Shown here in pieces: positions 25,391 to 26,270 of a DNA stretch of 26,270 nt (positions within the stretch are counted from its first letter, which is position 1; each line of letters begins with the position of its first letter). The stretch covers positions 1-26,270 of the IMG/VR virus record IMGVR_UViG_3300046779_000104, one strand, 5' to 3'. The stretch is from a virus. Lineage: Duplodnaviria > Caudoviricetes. A program made the position numbers and the translations under genes. A model generated the notes under the pieces. That model saw only the letters and a list, made by a program, of their open reading frames with translations, was not told where the DNA came from and did no database searches.

Positions 25391-25627
25391 TTATTCTTCT
25401 TCTTCACAAGTGTGACTTAGTACGTCATCCTCGTAAAGAACGTCTTCGCAGTCTCGACAGCGAAACATGCGTACGTGGTCGTATGTCTCGTGTAGCGAGT
25501 CCACCCAGACTGAGTCTTCCGCACGAGGGTTTCGTGCAAAAATCTCTGGTGGGAATGGTCCCAATGTTCTCGAATAGCCGTTAGGAACGGCGTGTCCTTG
25601 TACTGCTTCTGTGCGGATGAGCCCCAT
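25391..25627 (-). CDS. Small Zn-finger-like protein (78 aa)
   Basis: FRCRDC-x11-HTC; TAATG-coupled. Confidence 0.68.
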   Translation of the reverse strand: MGLIRTEAVQGHAVPNGYSRTLGPFPPEIFARNPRAEDSVWVDSLHETYDHVRMFRCRDCEDVLYEDDVLSHTCEEEE

Positions 25628-25875
25628 TACTCCTCCGTTGCTGGTTCCTCTACAGGAGGCTCCTCAACAACTGGCTCCTCAACAACAACTGCCTTCTTCT
25701 TAGAAGGCTTTGGCTCTTCCACTACAGGTGCAGGCACGATTAGTGGGAGTTGACCTGCATTGCGCTTAGCAATCAGGAACTTAGGTAGGTGACTCTGGCA
25801 GTAGTGGATGATGTACGAACTAGAGACCTGGTAGGTGTACAGGGCATCTCTGTTGCAGTTTACGCACTTAACCAT
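25627..25875 (-). CDS. Small Zn-finger-like protein with an acidic PVVEE tail (82 aa)
   Basis: CVNC...YCQSHLP followed by VEEP repeats. Confidence 0.7.
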   Translation of the reverse strand: MVKCVNCNRDALYTYQVSSSYIIHYCQSHLPKFLIAKRNAGQLPLIVPAPVVEEPKPSKKKAVVVEEPVVEEPPVEEPATEE

Positions 25876-25877
25876 GA

Positions 25878-26270
25878 TTACTTAACCACCTTTGCTGCTT
25901 TAGGGGCCTTAGGTGCTGCAGGCTTGCGTCCAGCACCAGGCTTACCAGCAGCCGACAAAGCCTCCGAAGGGGCTTCGCTCTCTGTAGGCATTGCAGGGAA
26001 CTGTGCGCTGCTGCGCTGAATGTCGAATCCTCCAGCAGGTTTTGCTGGCTTGCTACTTCCGCCCACCATCATTTCGTATTCCTTCTGTGAATCTGCCATG
26101 CTCTTTGCAGGTCCTGCGTTTTCAAACTGCTTGCTTGTGGCTGGGTGCAACTGTGCGGAACCGCCGCTACCACCCTCAACGTTTGGAACAACTTCGCCAG
26201 ACTTGGTTTCCGAAGGGCGGCGAGTGTAGTTGATGTCGCCGTAACGCACTTCAGTGTGGTCTGCGGCATA
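25878..26270 (-). CDS. Low-complexity protein with a Lys/Ala/Pro tail (probably 5'-partial)
   Basis: The frame stays open upstream of GTG 26249 to the window edge (YAADHTEVRY...). Ends KPAAPKAPKAAKVVK. Confidence 0.65.
   Translation of the reverse strand, partial: YAADHTEVRYGDINYTRRPSETKSGEVVPNVEGGSGGSAQLHPATSKQFENAGPAKSMADSQKEYEMMVGGSSKPAKPAGGFDIQRSSAQFPAMPTESEAPSEALSAAGKPGAGRKPAAPKAPKAAKVVK

Noticed and set aside
442-26233. All plus-strand ORFs and nested alternative-frame minus ORFs in the track
   Set aside because: They are shadows of well-supported minus-strand genes, with no recognisable motifs; their composition mirrors the antisense codons.
1-26270. tRNA, rRNA, CRISPR array, integrase/IS, or alternative genetic code
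   Set aside because: Intergenic gaps are at most about 125 nt with no cloverleaf or repeat-spacer pattern seen, no recombinase motifs were found, and core genes are intact under the standard code.

Overview
The window is the late (virion morphogenesis) region of a tailed dsDNA phage with a contractile tail, entirely encoded on the minus strand. In transcription order (right to left) it carries small Zn-finger and unknown genes, a PASTA-like protein, a KTSC protein, terminase large subunit, portal, scaffold, N4-gp56-type major capsid protein and a putative head-tail adaptor. Next come a block of fibre genes (collagen-like, S74-chaperoned, Mtd_N-type), a putative head-closure protein and a 2.8-kb cassette of ten mostly tiny, Lys-rich ORFs (including an HNH and a Zn-finger protein). 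The tail module follows: tail completion/terminator, sheath, tube, tail assembly chaperone and a tape-measure protein with an M23 peptidase that runs off the left edge. I read five ORFs missing from the supplied track. Main observations: (1) a probable +1 frameshift at CTG-TTT-CGG-TTC-TAA in the tail chaperone, where -1 is usual; (2) a shared promoter-like motif C[CG][AT]G-N3-N17-[GT]A-N3-T in five intergenic gaps; (3) the basic micro-protein cassette; (4) a PASTA fold split by an inserted domain; (5) signs of chained fibre docking modules. An actinobacterial host is an inference only. All family names come from motif recognition, not database searches.
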